Shown here: one piece after another, positions 23,403-35,924 of the stretch
Numbering within the stretch: position 1 is the stretch's first letter
Layout of the letters: every line of letters starts with the position of its first letter
NCBI GenBank assembly: GCA_002269645.1
Contig: NIVC01000143.1
Span: 186,001-250,000 of the forward strand
DNA from: Macrostomum lignano
Lineage: Eukaryota
Direction: 5' to 3'
Length of the DNA: 64,000 bases
Notes under the pieces: model-generated
Told to the model about the DNA's origin: nothing
What the model saw: only the letters and a program-made list of their open reading frames with translations
Database searches by the model: none
Program-made: the position numbers and the translations under genes

Positions 23403-26400
23403 ATCACCATTTTCTGGACGAGTAGCGACCGCCGCTGGCTCCGCTGTACTGGAAGTCCAGCCGGGCGCCCCGGTCAGTGTCCGGGTAGGCAGCCGAGTCC
23501 GAGTAGCCGCCAAGGGCCGAATAGCGAAGACCGGACGAGGCTTCAAAGTCTGAGTCGAACTTGCCTGCGACAAAGAGAAAATTGAGCGAGTGACAATGTG
23601 AGTGACGAGTAGAGTGACAATGTGAGTGACGAGTAGAGTGACAATGTGAGTGACGAGTAGAGTGACAATGTGAGTGACGAGTAGAGTGACAATGTGAGTG
23701 ACGAGTAGAGTGACAATGTGAGTGACGAGTAGAGTGACAATGTGAGTGACGAGTAGAGTGACAATGTGAGTGACGAGTAGAGTGACAATGTGAGTGACGA
23801 GTAGAGTGACAGTGTGAGTGACGAGTAGAGTGACAATGTGAGTGACGAGTAGAGTGACAATGTGAGTGACGAGTAGAGTGACAATGTGAGTGACGAGTAG
23901 AGTGACAATGTGAGTGACGAGTAGAGTGACAATGTAAGTGACGAGTAGAGTGACAGTGTGAGTGACGAGTAGAGTGACAATGTGAGTGACGAGTAGAGTG
24001 ACAATGTGAGTGACGAGTAGAGTGACAATGTGAGTGACGAGTAGAGTGACAATTTGAGTGACGATTAGAGTGACAATTTTAGTGACGAGTAGAGTGCCAA
24101 TGTGAGTGACGAGTAGAGTGACAATGTGAGTGACGAGTAGAGTGACAATGTAAGTGAAGAGTAGAGTGACAATGTGAGTGACGATGAGAGTGACAATGTG
24201 AGTGAGGAATAGAGTGACAATGTGAGTGAAAATGACGATATGTAGTGCCAGTTAGAGTAACCATATCGATAGACAAGTCGGCAATGTGAGTGATAACGGG
24301 AGTGCAAATGCGAGTGATGGGTAGAGTGTTAATAAAGAGTCTCACTAGCAGCTGTTATGCTCAAACCCCTAAGTCCCACACGCCCACCCCCAAGCACTCA
24401 CTGCCATAGATGGGCTCCCTGTAGCTGCTATATCCGGCTCCGATTCCATCGTAGCTCGGGGACGCGACGTTGCGTCCGTAGCGACGGCTGGGCGAGCTGC
24501 TGAATGTCGGCTTGAAGTCCTCCTGAATTGTCGGAGAATGTCGTGAAACTCGAGGTTTAAAGTGGCTGATGAGTTGTGGGATCAATTGTAGGATCGGTTT
24601 GGGGATGCGTTGAGTATCATAGCTGAGTGAACGGTGCTGAACAAAAGCAGAAAAAATCCATCAAATAACGGAAATAGCGACGCGTTCTCAAACTATACTG
24701 ACAAATATACTCAAAAGTGAGCTGAAGAAAGACTTTAAGAATTAAAGTCAGGCACCGAAAGCAGCTTCAATCAGCCATAATCGAGTTTTTTAAAAGTTTG
24801 CGTGACTAATAATTGATCATGCCGCAACTTGTGAGGCGAGTCCACAGCTCACTCTGGTAGATTTCATTCTCCAACAGCTGAAATGAACTTTGATCCAAGG
24901 CGGTTTGCCGCCTGACACCGATGGACGCTGATGCTGCTCATGATGATGATGATAGTTATCAAGGTGCTGCTGAGTGAGCACCTCAGCTGATGAAGGCTTC
25001 ATCTTGTGGGGGTGGTGGCGGAACTGATATTGATGTATATTAATTCTTTCTGACAAGCAGCTAGAAGGCAAGCATTGATGCTCGTTTCAATTAACTCTGA
25101 GCAGGCACACAGACACATACGCAAGCATGTAGAGCCTTAGCTAGATAAATTAGGATTAGAATAGATCATTAGCTAGATTGATTAGGATTAGATTAGATCA
25201 TTAGCTAGATGGATTAGAATTAGAAAAGATCCTTAGCTAAATGGAAGAGGATTAGACTACACCATTAGCCCATTAGCTAGACGGGTTAGCATTCGAATAG
25301 ATCATTAGCTAGATGGATTGGGATTACATTAGCTTGTAGATTTTAGCTACATGGATTAGGATTAGAAAAGAGCCTTAGCTAGATAGATTAGAACTAGATT
25401 AGAGCCTCAGCTATATAGATTAGGCTTAAATTAGGGCCTTAGCTACATGGATTAGGATTAGATTAGAGCCTTAGCTACGTAGATTAGGATTAGATTAGAG
25501 CCTTAGCTACATGGATTATGATTAGATTAGAGCCTTAGCTACATGGATTAGGATTACATTAGAGCCTTAGCTAGATGGATTAGACTTAGATTAGAGCCTT
25601 AGCTACATGGATTAGACTTAGATTAGAGCCGTAGCTACATGTATTCGGATTAGAAAAGAGCCTTAGCTAGATGGATTAGAATTAGATTAGAGCCTCAGCT
25701 ATATAAATTAGGGGTACATTACAGCCTTAGCTACATGGATTAGGGTTAAATTAGGGCCTTAGCTACATGGATTAGGATTAGATTAGAGCCTTAGCTATAT
25801 AGATTAGGGTTAAATTAGAGTCTTTGTTACATGAATTAGGATTATATTGGGGCCTTAGCTACATGGATTACGGTTGGATTAGAGCCTTAGCTACATGGAT
25901 TAGGATTAGATTAGAGCCTTAGCTACATGGATTAGAATTAGATTAGACCTTACCTATATGCATTAGGAATCATAATAATCATGGCTTACACGAGTTTGTC
26001 ACAATATGCATTCAGCCAGCACTTATGATCATTCTCCAGACACCTGAGCACGCACATTCACACGGTATAAATTCACTGCTCACCCTTCTGGCGAACTTTC
26101 CATCTACCTGGAGGCTCTGCTGGCGCTGAGCCAGGTCAATGGCGGCCTGGCACACCACCTTGGCGGGGAACGCGCCCTTGTCCAGCGCTCTCTGCAGGGT
26201 GCTCACTTCGCAGCGGCTCAGATCCACCGCCTCAACCACCGCCTTCTGCTGGTCGTCTGGGATCGACTCTCCTGCGGTTTGGGTTAAGCGTTTGGCGCTT
26301 GGGTTAGGGCTAGGTTACTCGGTGCACAATATTGACTTTCTTGATTGACATATTGATTGCTCAACTTCCACACTTTAAAAGCTACCAATCCCACATCTCC

Positions 26401-27705
26401 GATTCCTGAATCCCGGATTTCCGAATCCCACACCTCCAAATCCAAAACTTCCGAATCCCACACTTCCGAATCCCACTCCTTCAAATCCCACACTTATAAA
26501 TCCCAAACTTCCAAATCCCACACTTTCGAATCCCATACTTCTTAATCCCACACTGTCAATTCCCATACAAAATAATGAGTCCCACACATCACACACTGAC
26601 AACCCACACACTGAGGTTGCAAAATCACACTCAGCAACCCAATAGTTCCCACCTGAAAGTCCCACGCACACAACCTGAAGTCCCACACACCCTGAAATCC
26701 CACACACCCTGAAGTCCCACACACCCTGAAGTCCCACACACCCTGAAGTCCCACACACCCAGCAGTCCCACACCCAGCAGTCCCACACAACCCAGCAGTC
26801 CCACACACCCTGAAATCCCACACACCCTGAAATCCCACACACCCTGAAATCCCACACACCCAGCAGTCCCGCACACCCTGAAATCCCACACACCCTGAAA
26901 TCCCACACACCCAGCAGTCCCACACACCCCCGGCAATCCCACACACCCCGGCAGTCCCACACACCCAGCAGTCCCACACACCCCCGGCAGTCCCACACAC
27001 CCAGCAGTCCCACACACCCAGCAGTCCCACACAACCCAGCAGTCCCACACAACCCAGCAGTCCCACACAACCCAGCAGTCCCACACAACCCAGCAGTCCC
27101 ACACAACCCAGCAGTCCCACACAACCCAGCAGTCCCACACAACCCAGCAGTCCCACACACCCAGCAGTCCCACACACTAACAGTCCCACACACCAGCAGT
27201 CCCACACACCAGCAGTCCCACACCCATCTCACCGGCAGTAAGCAATGTCTCGGCAGCCTCATACAGGGTGTCGTGGCTGGCCCTGTAGTCAGCCGGCACG
27301 CTGGTGGCCAACTTGGCGAACTCCTCGGCCGTGAGGCTGCCAGCCCGGGCCAAGTCCAGCAGGTGATTGTCGATGACGCCAGACAGAACCTGGGCCTCGC
27401 CGCTGGCGCCGGCGTCGCCGCCCATGGCAGCCGCGGTGCTGCTGACGATGTCGCAGAGCACCGGCGAAGGCATCTGCTTGAGCTCCTCCTGACGGAACCG
27501 GTGCAGCATGTTGCCAGCGAGCTGGAGCAGCCGCGGCCTGCACTGGCAGCTGTACTGCTCGCTGGCCAGCAGGGCCAGTCGGATCCAGTCCCCGCTGATC
27601 ACCTCGGCGAGGGGTGTCGGCTCCGGCAGGCTGCCGATGACGCGGTCGAGGACCTCGCCGGTTGGCTCCTTGGGCTCATTTTGCTGCTGCTGCTGGGGAT
27701 AGTGG

Positions 27706-27793
<88 letters not shown>

Positions 27794-29839
27794 AATGGCA
27801 ATGTATCAGGTTATGTCAGCAAGTCAGCTTGTCAGAGTGCTGTCAGAGTGCTGTCTCACCTGCTGCTGCTGCTGCTGTTGCTTCTTCTTGTCTCCGCCAT
27901 CTGCCTCTGCATCGGATGCCTCTCCAGCCTCCTCCTGCTGCTGCTCCTCTCTTGCCTCCTGTTGCTCCTGCTGCGGCTCCTCCGCAGCCTCCTCACCAGC
28001 GTCATCATCGTCCTTCTCCTTCTCGGCGCTCTTCTCCTGCTCTTTCTTCTTCTCCGGCTTTTTCTGCTGCTGCTGCTGCTTCTGCAGGTCGGTGTCGCGC
28101 TGGAACACGCGGTGCAGGTAGCGGGTTGCCAGCTCTGCCAGGGGCCGCAGCTGCCGCTCGCCCTCGGAGCCGCAGGACTTGGCCAGCCGTTCGAACCAGT
28201 CTAGCGGCAGACGCAACAGTCGATCCACGACCAAGGCGTCGACTCGGCCAGGTTTTGTCCAGACGTCCATGACTGCGGCGAAGCAGCGCTCGGCGATCTT
28301 CGCCTCCTCGGCCGCGGGTCCGAGACAGGCGGTACGGCTGATCAGGTCCACGATGGGCGACAGGGAGCGGGACATCTGGGCGGAGCGGATGATGTCGTCA
28401 AGGTAGCGCTCCGTCAGGTCGATCAGGTTGTTGTCGCCGGCCATCTTCAGGTACTCGGCGCCGCATCTGAGGGGATGTGGCGGGGAGATGATGAGGTCAT
28501 AATCCATCTAGCTAATGATCTACTCTAATCATAATCCATCAAGCTAATGATCTACTTTAATCATAATCCATCTAGCTAATGATCTAGTCCAATCCCAATC
28601 TATCTAGCTAATGATCTAGTCCAATCCCCATCTATCTAATGATCTACTCTAATCTCAATCTATCTAATGATCTACTCTAATCTCAATCTATCTAATGATC
28701 TACTCTAATCTCAATCAATCTAGCTAATGATCTACTCTAATCTCAATCTATCTAGCTAATGATTTACTCTAATCCTGATCCATCTAGCTAATGATCTACT
28801 CTAATCTCAATCTATCTAGCTAATGATCTACTTTAATCTCAATCTATCTAGCTAATGATCTACTTTAATCTCAATCCATCTAGCTAATGATCTACTCTAA
28901 TCTCAATCTATCTAGCTAATGATCTACTCCAATCTCAATCTATCTAGCTAATGATCTACTCTAATTCCAATTTATCTAGCTAATGATCTACTCTAATCTC
29001 ATCTATCTAGCTAATGATCTACTCTAATCTCAATCTATCCAGCTAATGATCTACTCTAATTCCAATTTATCTAGCTAATGATCTACTCTAATCTCATCTA
29101 TCTAGCTAATGATCTACTCTAATCTCAATCTATCTAGCTAATGATCTACTCTAATTCCAATTTATCTAGATAATGATCTACTCTAATCTCATCTATCTAG
29201 CTAATGATCTACTCTAATCTCATCTATCTAGCTAATGATCTACTCTATTCTCAATCTATCTAGCTAATGATCTACTCTAATTCCAATTTATCTAGCTAAT
29301 GATCTACTCTAATCTCATCTATCTAGCTAATGATCTACTCTAATCTCAATCTATCTAGCTAATGATCTACTCTAATTCCAATTTATCTAGATAATGATCT
29401 ACTCTAATCTCATCTATCTAGCTAATGATCTACTCTAATCTCATCTATCTAGCTAATGATCTACTCTAATTTTGATCCATCTAGCTAATTATATAGTCTA
29501 ACCTCAATCCAACTATCTAAAGATCTAAAAGACGGCTGAGCCAGAGCAGGAATCAAGCACTCAGTCAGCAGCTCACCTGAGCTGGGCCACATTCTCCAGG
29601 CTGATGTCGATCTTCTTATTATAGCAGAAATCCGCAATAACTTTGAAGCAAGCAGCTCCGCCAGGAAATTCTTCAAGCTCGACTTGCTCTTTCCCAGACT
29701 CTGCCGCGACCTCTTTAAAGTAATCCGACTTGATGTAAAGCGGGAACTTGTGCAGCTTGAGCTCTTCGCCTTCAACAACGATGGTGACATCGGACAGCTC
29801 GCCGCTGTCTCTGTACTTCATCAGGTCTAGCAGAGACAT
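23403..29839 (-). CDS. BTB/POZ + NPH3-domain protein resembling the plant NPH3/RPT2-like (NRL) family
   Basis: Confident exons: 29839-29577, 28466-27860, 27692-27233, 26271-26108. Probable exons: 24877-24853, ~24630-24402 and 23564-~23403. Motifs: SDVTIVV..LHKFPL..KS, FPGG..CF..IADFCY, NVAQLRCGAEYLKM..NLI..TE.YL; NPH3-like C-terminal part EEFAKLATSVPADYRASHDTLYEAAETLLTA...AVDLSRC...FPAKVV.Q. The junction into the ~24630 exon is unresolved. Confidence 0.8.
23587..24235. repeat. 24-bp minisatellite (GTGAGTGACGAGTAGAGTGACAAT), ~27 copies
   Basis: Direct reading; fills the last intron of the NRL-like gene. Confidence 0.95.
25135..25960 (+). repeat. ~32-bp satellite (GATTAGGATTAGATTAGAGCCTTAGCTACATG)
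   Basis: Degenerate tandem array in NRL-like intron 4; inverted relative of 28495-29500. Confidence 0.9.
26380..27225. repeat. 17-18-bp graded minisatellite (CAGCAGTCCCACACACC / GAAATCCCACACACCCT)
   Basis: Begins within about 10 nt of the exon-3 donor (27232) and degenerates towards 26380. Confidence 0.9.
27708..27793. repeat. (GAT)n trinucleotide microsatellite, intronic
   Basis: About 28 perfect copies inside the 27859-27693 intron; the poly-M and poly-D ORFs are artefacts. Confidence 0.95.
28495..29500 (-). repeat. ~32-bp satellite (+ strand ATCTAGCTAATGATCTACTCTAATCTCAATCT)
   Basis: Tandem array filling NRL-like intron 1; reverse complement of the 25135-25960 family. Confidence 0.92.
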
Positions 29840-30984
29840 TGTCGCTCAGTTTTTTTGCCAGGCAGACTCACGGACAAGATTGAATGGATGGACACACCTA
29901 AGCCAGGGCTATGGACTCCCAGTTTTACTGAGTTCGGGCTTAATAAGAAAGCAATGAAAGGTGGGTAAGAAGACAGATGGCGAAGAGTCTTGCTCACAGC
30001 CTCTCTCTCTCGCTCTTTCGGGTGTTACTCGAACAATGTGAATGGAAGAAAACACACGAACTGGGCTAAACTGTCTGACTGTCTGTCTAAACCCTCTGCT
30101 TGGGAGGGTAGTTGTGCTCGTGCACTGGTTGAGTCCACTAAGGGAGAGAGAGAGGGGGGTGGGTAGTTGCTTCTATTGACAACGGACTCTGTGCTCAGCC
30201 AAAGTTATTACGGCGGGGACTCCGCTGGTCTGCGGCCAAGCTCAAAGACAGTTAGTTACGCCGCGTCGCCTGAGCTGAGCTCCAACTTGACAGAGATAAG
30301 AATGGCTGCTCTCTCAATTAATGAGACAGGCAGACAAAATGCTAACTGACAAAACTGGCATAGCTAGGCTAGCCAAAAAGGTGAACGCAGCTCTACAAGT
30401 AAAATGTCGATTATATATAGGCAAACAGAACAGCAATAGGGCAGTGAAGATTTTCAGTAGCGTTGAGTTTCTTTTAATACCTGTGGTAGTTAAGGCGACT
30501 CTGGAGCTGAGCAACTTAGGGCGGTTAAGTCAACAGAACAGAGAAGCATATTTTATTGAGTCGGGAGTGCAATTTGACTGTGCAGGGTCAGTCGGGCGTG
30601 GGAACGGGATGGGAGACAGGCAGGGAGAATGAGAGAGAGAGAGAGGCATAAAGGTAGCTCGTACTCACATTTTTTGGCGCGGTGGGAATAATTGTTCTCA
30701 TTCATTGTGAGCCAGCTGTAGCTGCAGGTGAGGAGTCCTCTCTGATTTGGATTGGCTGAGCTGCATCAGGTACGGAAACTCACCGGCTTATGGGCTGGGC
30801 CCACCAGGTGCACTTCTACCTGGGAATTGTACAGCTGAGCTACTCTAGCTTGTGTTGTATTCAATTCCTGCAATTGCACTGCTGTCTGTCTGCCTTGCTG
30901 TCTTCCTCTCTTAGCTTCTTCACTTCAGATTGAAAATGCAGGCAATCTCGGCAATCTGCCGTGACAATGGCTGCTTCCGTATGC

Positions 30985-31005
30985 AAAGTCTGTGTCTGCC
31001 TGACA

Positions 31006-31085
<80 letters not shown>

Positions 31086-31104
31086 GACTGTCTGTCTGTC
31101 TGAC

Positions 31105-31197
<93 letters not shown>

Positions 31198-31254
31198 TAG
31201 TGTCTGTCCGTCTTAGTGTCTGTCTGTCTTAGTGTCTGTCTGTCTGTGTGTGTG

Positions 31255-31287
<33 letters not shown>

Positions 31288-31291
31288 GACA

Positions 31292-31355
<64 letters not shown>

Positions 31356-31463
31356 TAGTGTCTGTCCGTCTTAGTGTCTGTCTGTCTTAGTGTCTGTCTG
31401 TCTGTGTGTCTGTCTGTCTGACTGTCTGTCTGTCTGTCTGTCTGTCGGTTTGTCTGTCTGACA

Positions 31464-31523
<60 letters not shown>

Positions 31524-31527
31524 GACA

Positions 31528-31583
<56 letters not shown>

Positions 31584-31587
31584 GACA

Positions 31588-31639
<52 letters not shown>

Positions 31640-31730
31640 TAGTGTCTGTCTGTCTGTGTGTCTGTCTGTCTGACTGTCTGTCTGTCTGTCTGTCTGTCGG
31701 TTTGTCTGTCTGTCTCAGTGTCCGTGTGTT
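30985..31730. repeat. (TCTG)n microsatellite with higher-order duplications
   Basis: Direct reading. Confidence 0.95.
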
Positions 31731-31736
31731 TGTGTG

Positions 31737-32472
31737 TCTCCCTCACTCTACCCTGTCTCCCTCACTCTACCCTGTCTCCCTCACTCTACCCTGTCTCCCT
31801 CACTCTACCCTGTCTCCCTCACTCTACCCTGTCTCCCTCACTCTACCCTGTCTCCTTCACTCTACCCTGTCTCCCTCACTCTACCCTGTCTCCCTCACTC
31901 TACCCTGTCTCCCTCACTCTACCCTGTCTCCTTCACTCTACCCTGTCTCCTTCACTCTACCCTGTCTCCCTCACTCTACCCTGTCTCCCTCACTCTACCC
32001 TGTCTCCTTCACTCTACCCTGTCTCCTTCACTCTACCCTGTCTCCTTCACTCTACCCTGTCTCCTTCACTCTACCCTGTCTCCTTCACTCTACCCTGTCT
32101 CCTTCACTCTACCCTGTCTCCTTCACTCTACCCTGTCTCCTTCACTCTACCCTGTCTCCCTCACTCTACCCTGTCTCCCTCACTCTACCCTGTCTCCTTC
32201 ATTCTACCCTGTCTCCTTCACTCTACCCTGTCTCCTTCACTCTACCCTGTCTCCTTCACTCTACCCTGTCTCCCTCACTCTACCCTGTCTCCCTCACTCT
32301 ACCCTGTCTCCTTCACTCTACCCTGTCTCCCTCACTCTACCCTGTCTCCTTCACTCTACCCTGTCTCCCTCACTCTACCCTGTCTCTCTCACTCTACCCT
32401 GTCTCCTTCACTCTACCCTGTCTCCTTCACTCTACCCTGTCTCCCTCACTCTACCCTGTCTCCCTCACTCTC
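31737..32472. repeat. 19-bp minisatellite (CTCCCTCACTCTACCCTGT), ~38 copies
   Basis: Direct reading; one position varies C/T. Confidence 0.95.
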
Positions 32473-32919
32473 TATCCACAGCCCACTGCAATAAATTTCT
32501 GCATTTAAAACCCCACGCGCTCCTAATCACTTTCTGTGACCCTGTCGTGTCCAGCGGTCACAACCAGCACGCAGATAATTGCAGCCAAACCCCAAAAGCT
32601 ACAATTTTTTTCTGCTATTCAGCCCCCAAGTCAGTAAAATCGACCATCGGACCCTATAACTTCTATATTATTTGCGGTATTTAACACAAAAATATCTATC
32701 TCGTCTCACTGAAGCACTGGATTTGCACTTTTACAGACCAATAGCTGCTGTATCTGAGTATCATTGATCTGTGAAAGGAGAGATTTTCAGATGAAGCCTG
32801 AGCATGAGCATATGTATATATAATGTTTCTTTCAAATATTTACTTAGGATGTTCGAGATAATGAATGCATGCAAATGAGAGTTGTGAAAAATGACTGTAA
32901 CGATGGTGCTGCAATCAGT

Positions 32920-33600
32920 GTGAGAAGATGGCGCCAGAATCCATTCAATAATAGCGCCATAATCCGTGTAAAAAGGCGCCACAATCCATGCAAAAATGGC
33001 GCCACAATCTATGCAAAATGGCGCTACAACCCATGCAAAAATGGCGCCACAATCTAAGCAAAAATGGCGCCACAATCTATGCAAAATGGCGCTACAAACC
33101 ATGCAAAAATGGTGCCACAATCTATACAAAATGGCGCTACAACCCATGCAAAAATGGTGCTACAACCCATGCAAAAATGGCGCCACAATTTATGCAAAAT
33201 GGCGCTACAACCCATGCAAAAATGGCGCCACAATTTATGCAAAATGGCGCTACAACCTATGCAAAAATGGCGCTACAAGCCGAGCAAAAATGGCGCTACA
33301 AGCCGAGCAAAAATGGCGCTACAACCCATGCAAAAATGACGCCACAATTTATGCAAAATGGCGCTACAAGCCGTGCAAAAATGGCGCCACAATCTATGCA
33401 AAATGGCGCTACAACTCATGCAAAAAAAGCGACTCAATCCTATAAAAAGGGCACCTAATCCCTTAAAATGGCATCACAATTCATTTAGAATGGCATCACG
33501 ATCATAAAAAAATGGCGCTTACATCGATGCAAAGATGGCGCCAAATCCACGCATAGAAGGCGCCACAAATAATACAAAAATGGCGCCACAATATAAGCAT
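32920..33600. repeat. 22-24-bp minisatellite with core CAAAA(A)TGGCGC
   Basis: Alternating ...CACAATCTATG and ...TACAACCCATG units. Confidence 0.9.
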
Positions 33601-34019
33601 GCCAACCACTGGAAAAGCGTGAAGTATCCATACTAAATAAAACAAAATAATCAATTTAAAAAACGAATTCTCAAGCAGAATCGCCCCCTCTCCCTCAGGG
33701 CGCCGATCACGAACCCAAGAATTTCCACGCGCTTGCAGCGTCGTCACGACACGGAAAAATAAAAAGAAACGGAGCCTATAAATTATTCATGACACTGTCA
33801 TGACAACAGCAGCTGTGTTTGAAGCTGGCAGATTCGCAGGGGAATTCCCCTCTGCCCGGAAACCAAAACCGCTGCTGTTCCTTGTGTTGAAAAAATGCAG
33901 AAAAATATAAGAAACCAGCATAAATACGGCTGGGTCTTTTCAAGCAACAACTGGATAATCGAATTTAATAGTATACTTGCGTATTCTGTTTTTCCTCCTA
34001 TAGAGATTAATAGTTGATA

Positions 34020-34502
<483 letters not shown>

Positions 34503-35924
34503 TACGAGCATAATCGTTCAGTCCTTCCCTTAACGTGTCCATTCCCTAAAAAATGAACTAAATCTTGAAAGTAAAAATATCGACCCCAACACAGTGCATC
34601 CGGAAGCTGTCAGGTCGCTCTTCATTTAAACTGTGTTTTATTAAATAACAAGGCTCCGCTTTTGTTCGCTGAATAATAGATTGCTTCCTAAAAATGAGGC
34701 CTTCACAAAGTAGTCTTCGGCTTGAAGATGGAGAACCAGGGAATTTTTGAACCAGGGAATATTTCAGGTAGGCTGTCTTTGATGCCGAGTGAGTTCAGTC
34801 ATCCATATTAAGCTGATTGTCGAAGGTAAATTCCAAATTGCGCTTTTAGACTTTGTAATGCGAAATGAATTCTATTAGCGAGGAAACAGATGAGTTTGTG
34901 ATGTCGTAAGTAGATGAATTCACGGGTGAGTTCATAAGTGGGTTCATTACTGAATTCATGAGTGCTTTCGTTAGTTCTTTAGCTAGTTCATGAATGAGCT
35001 CATGAGCCAATTTATGAGTGAGTTCATGAGGGAGTAAATGAATGAGTTCATGAGTGAGTTCATGACTGGAACTCGAGTTTATAGATGAGTTTAACTGTGA
35101 GGTCATTAGTTACTTCATGAGTAAGTAAATGTATGTATTAGTCGGCAAGTTTATGTTTGAAAGATTTATCAAAAAAAGCTTTAGCAGAGCAGCGCATCGG
35201 CAGAGGTCACTACATATATTGCAACTGCGACCGGAATGGAAGGCAGGCAAATGCGAGAGAAAACGCGATCGAGAGAAAAAAGTGAATTTCGACTCTCGCT
35301 GAGGCCGTGGTTTCGCTTTAGTCACTTCCCTCTTTAGGCGCCTCCCAACCCGGTTAACTCGAGACCAGCAGTTCCCCTGGCGGCTCCCCCATTACTCCCG
35401 TCTCCCTGGCTCTCTCCATCATCATCAGCAGCATCATCAGCCGAAATGGCTGGGCTAGGCTAGGCTGTTCCCTAACCCGGGGGGATGGGGAGAGAGGTAA
35501 GGAGACAGAGAGACCCTGAAATCCCTGACGCTGGCGCAGTTCCGCTGAGATAAGAAAACCATCTCTCGGGGGACCGCAGCCAGAGCAACGGGGCTTGGGA
35601 TGCTTCCTTTACACTCTTGAGTAGCTATAGCCTTTTTTATCCAAGACTCTATAGTACTGTCTATTAAAGTATTAGCCGTCTTCTTATGATTGAGGCAGCT
35701 CAAGTGTGTAAATCAAAGAGATTCGACTGGAATGGCTTTATGTAAAACTCATTTATCTTCTTTAGTTATCTATTATTGCTAGTAATTAATCAATTAGTCA
35801 GAGCAATCTACGCTTGTGGATCCCTAGTACGTATACTCGCATTGGTAGAGAAGACATTCTGTTCTACTAATTTTTATACCTGGTTAACTGGAGTGAAGGA
35901 GATGGGGTGATATGGGAAGGGAAG

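Noticed and set aside
23403-23430. C-terminal RYSS as the plant NRL RxS 14-3-3 motif
   Set aside because: Short motif, not terminal, and the last exons are uncertain.
25135-25960. Interstitial telomere (TTAGG/TTAGGG-like words)
   Set aside because: The words are embedded in a 32-bp unit and do not form a telomeric hexamer or pentamer run.
29860-30800. Possible LTR-like or repeat-derived segments (also 35330-35900)
   Set aside because: No termini, TSD or coding motif could be established by eye.
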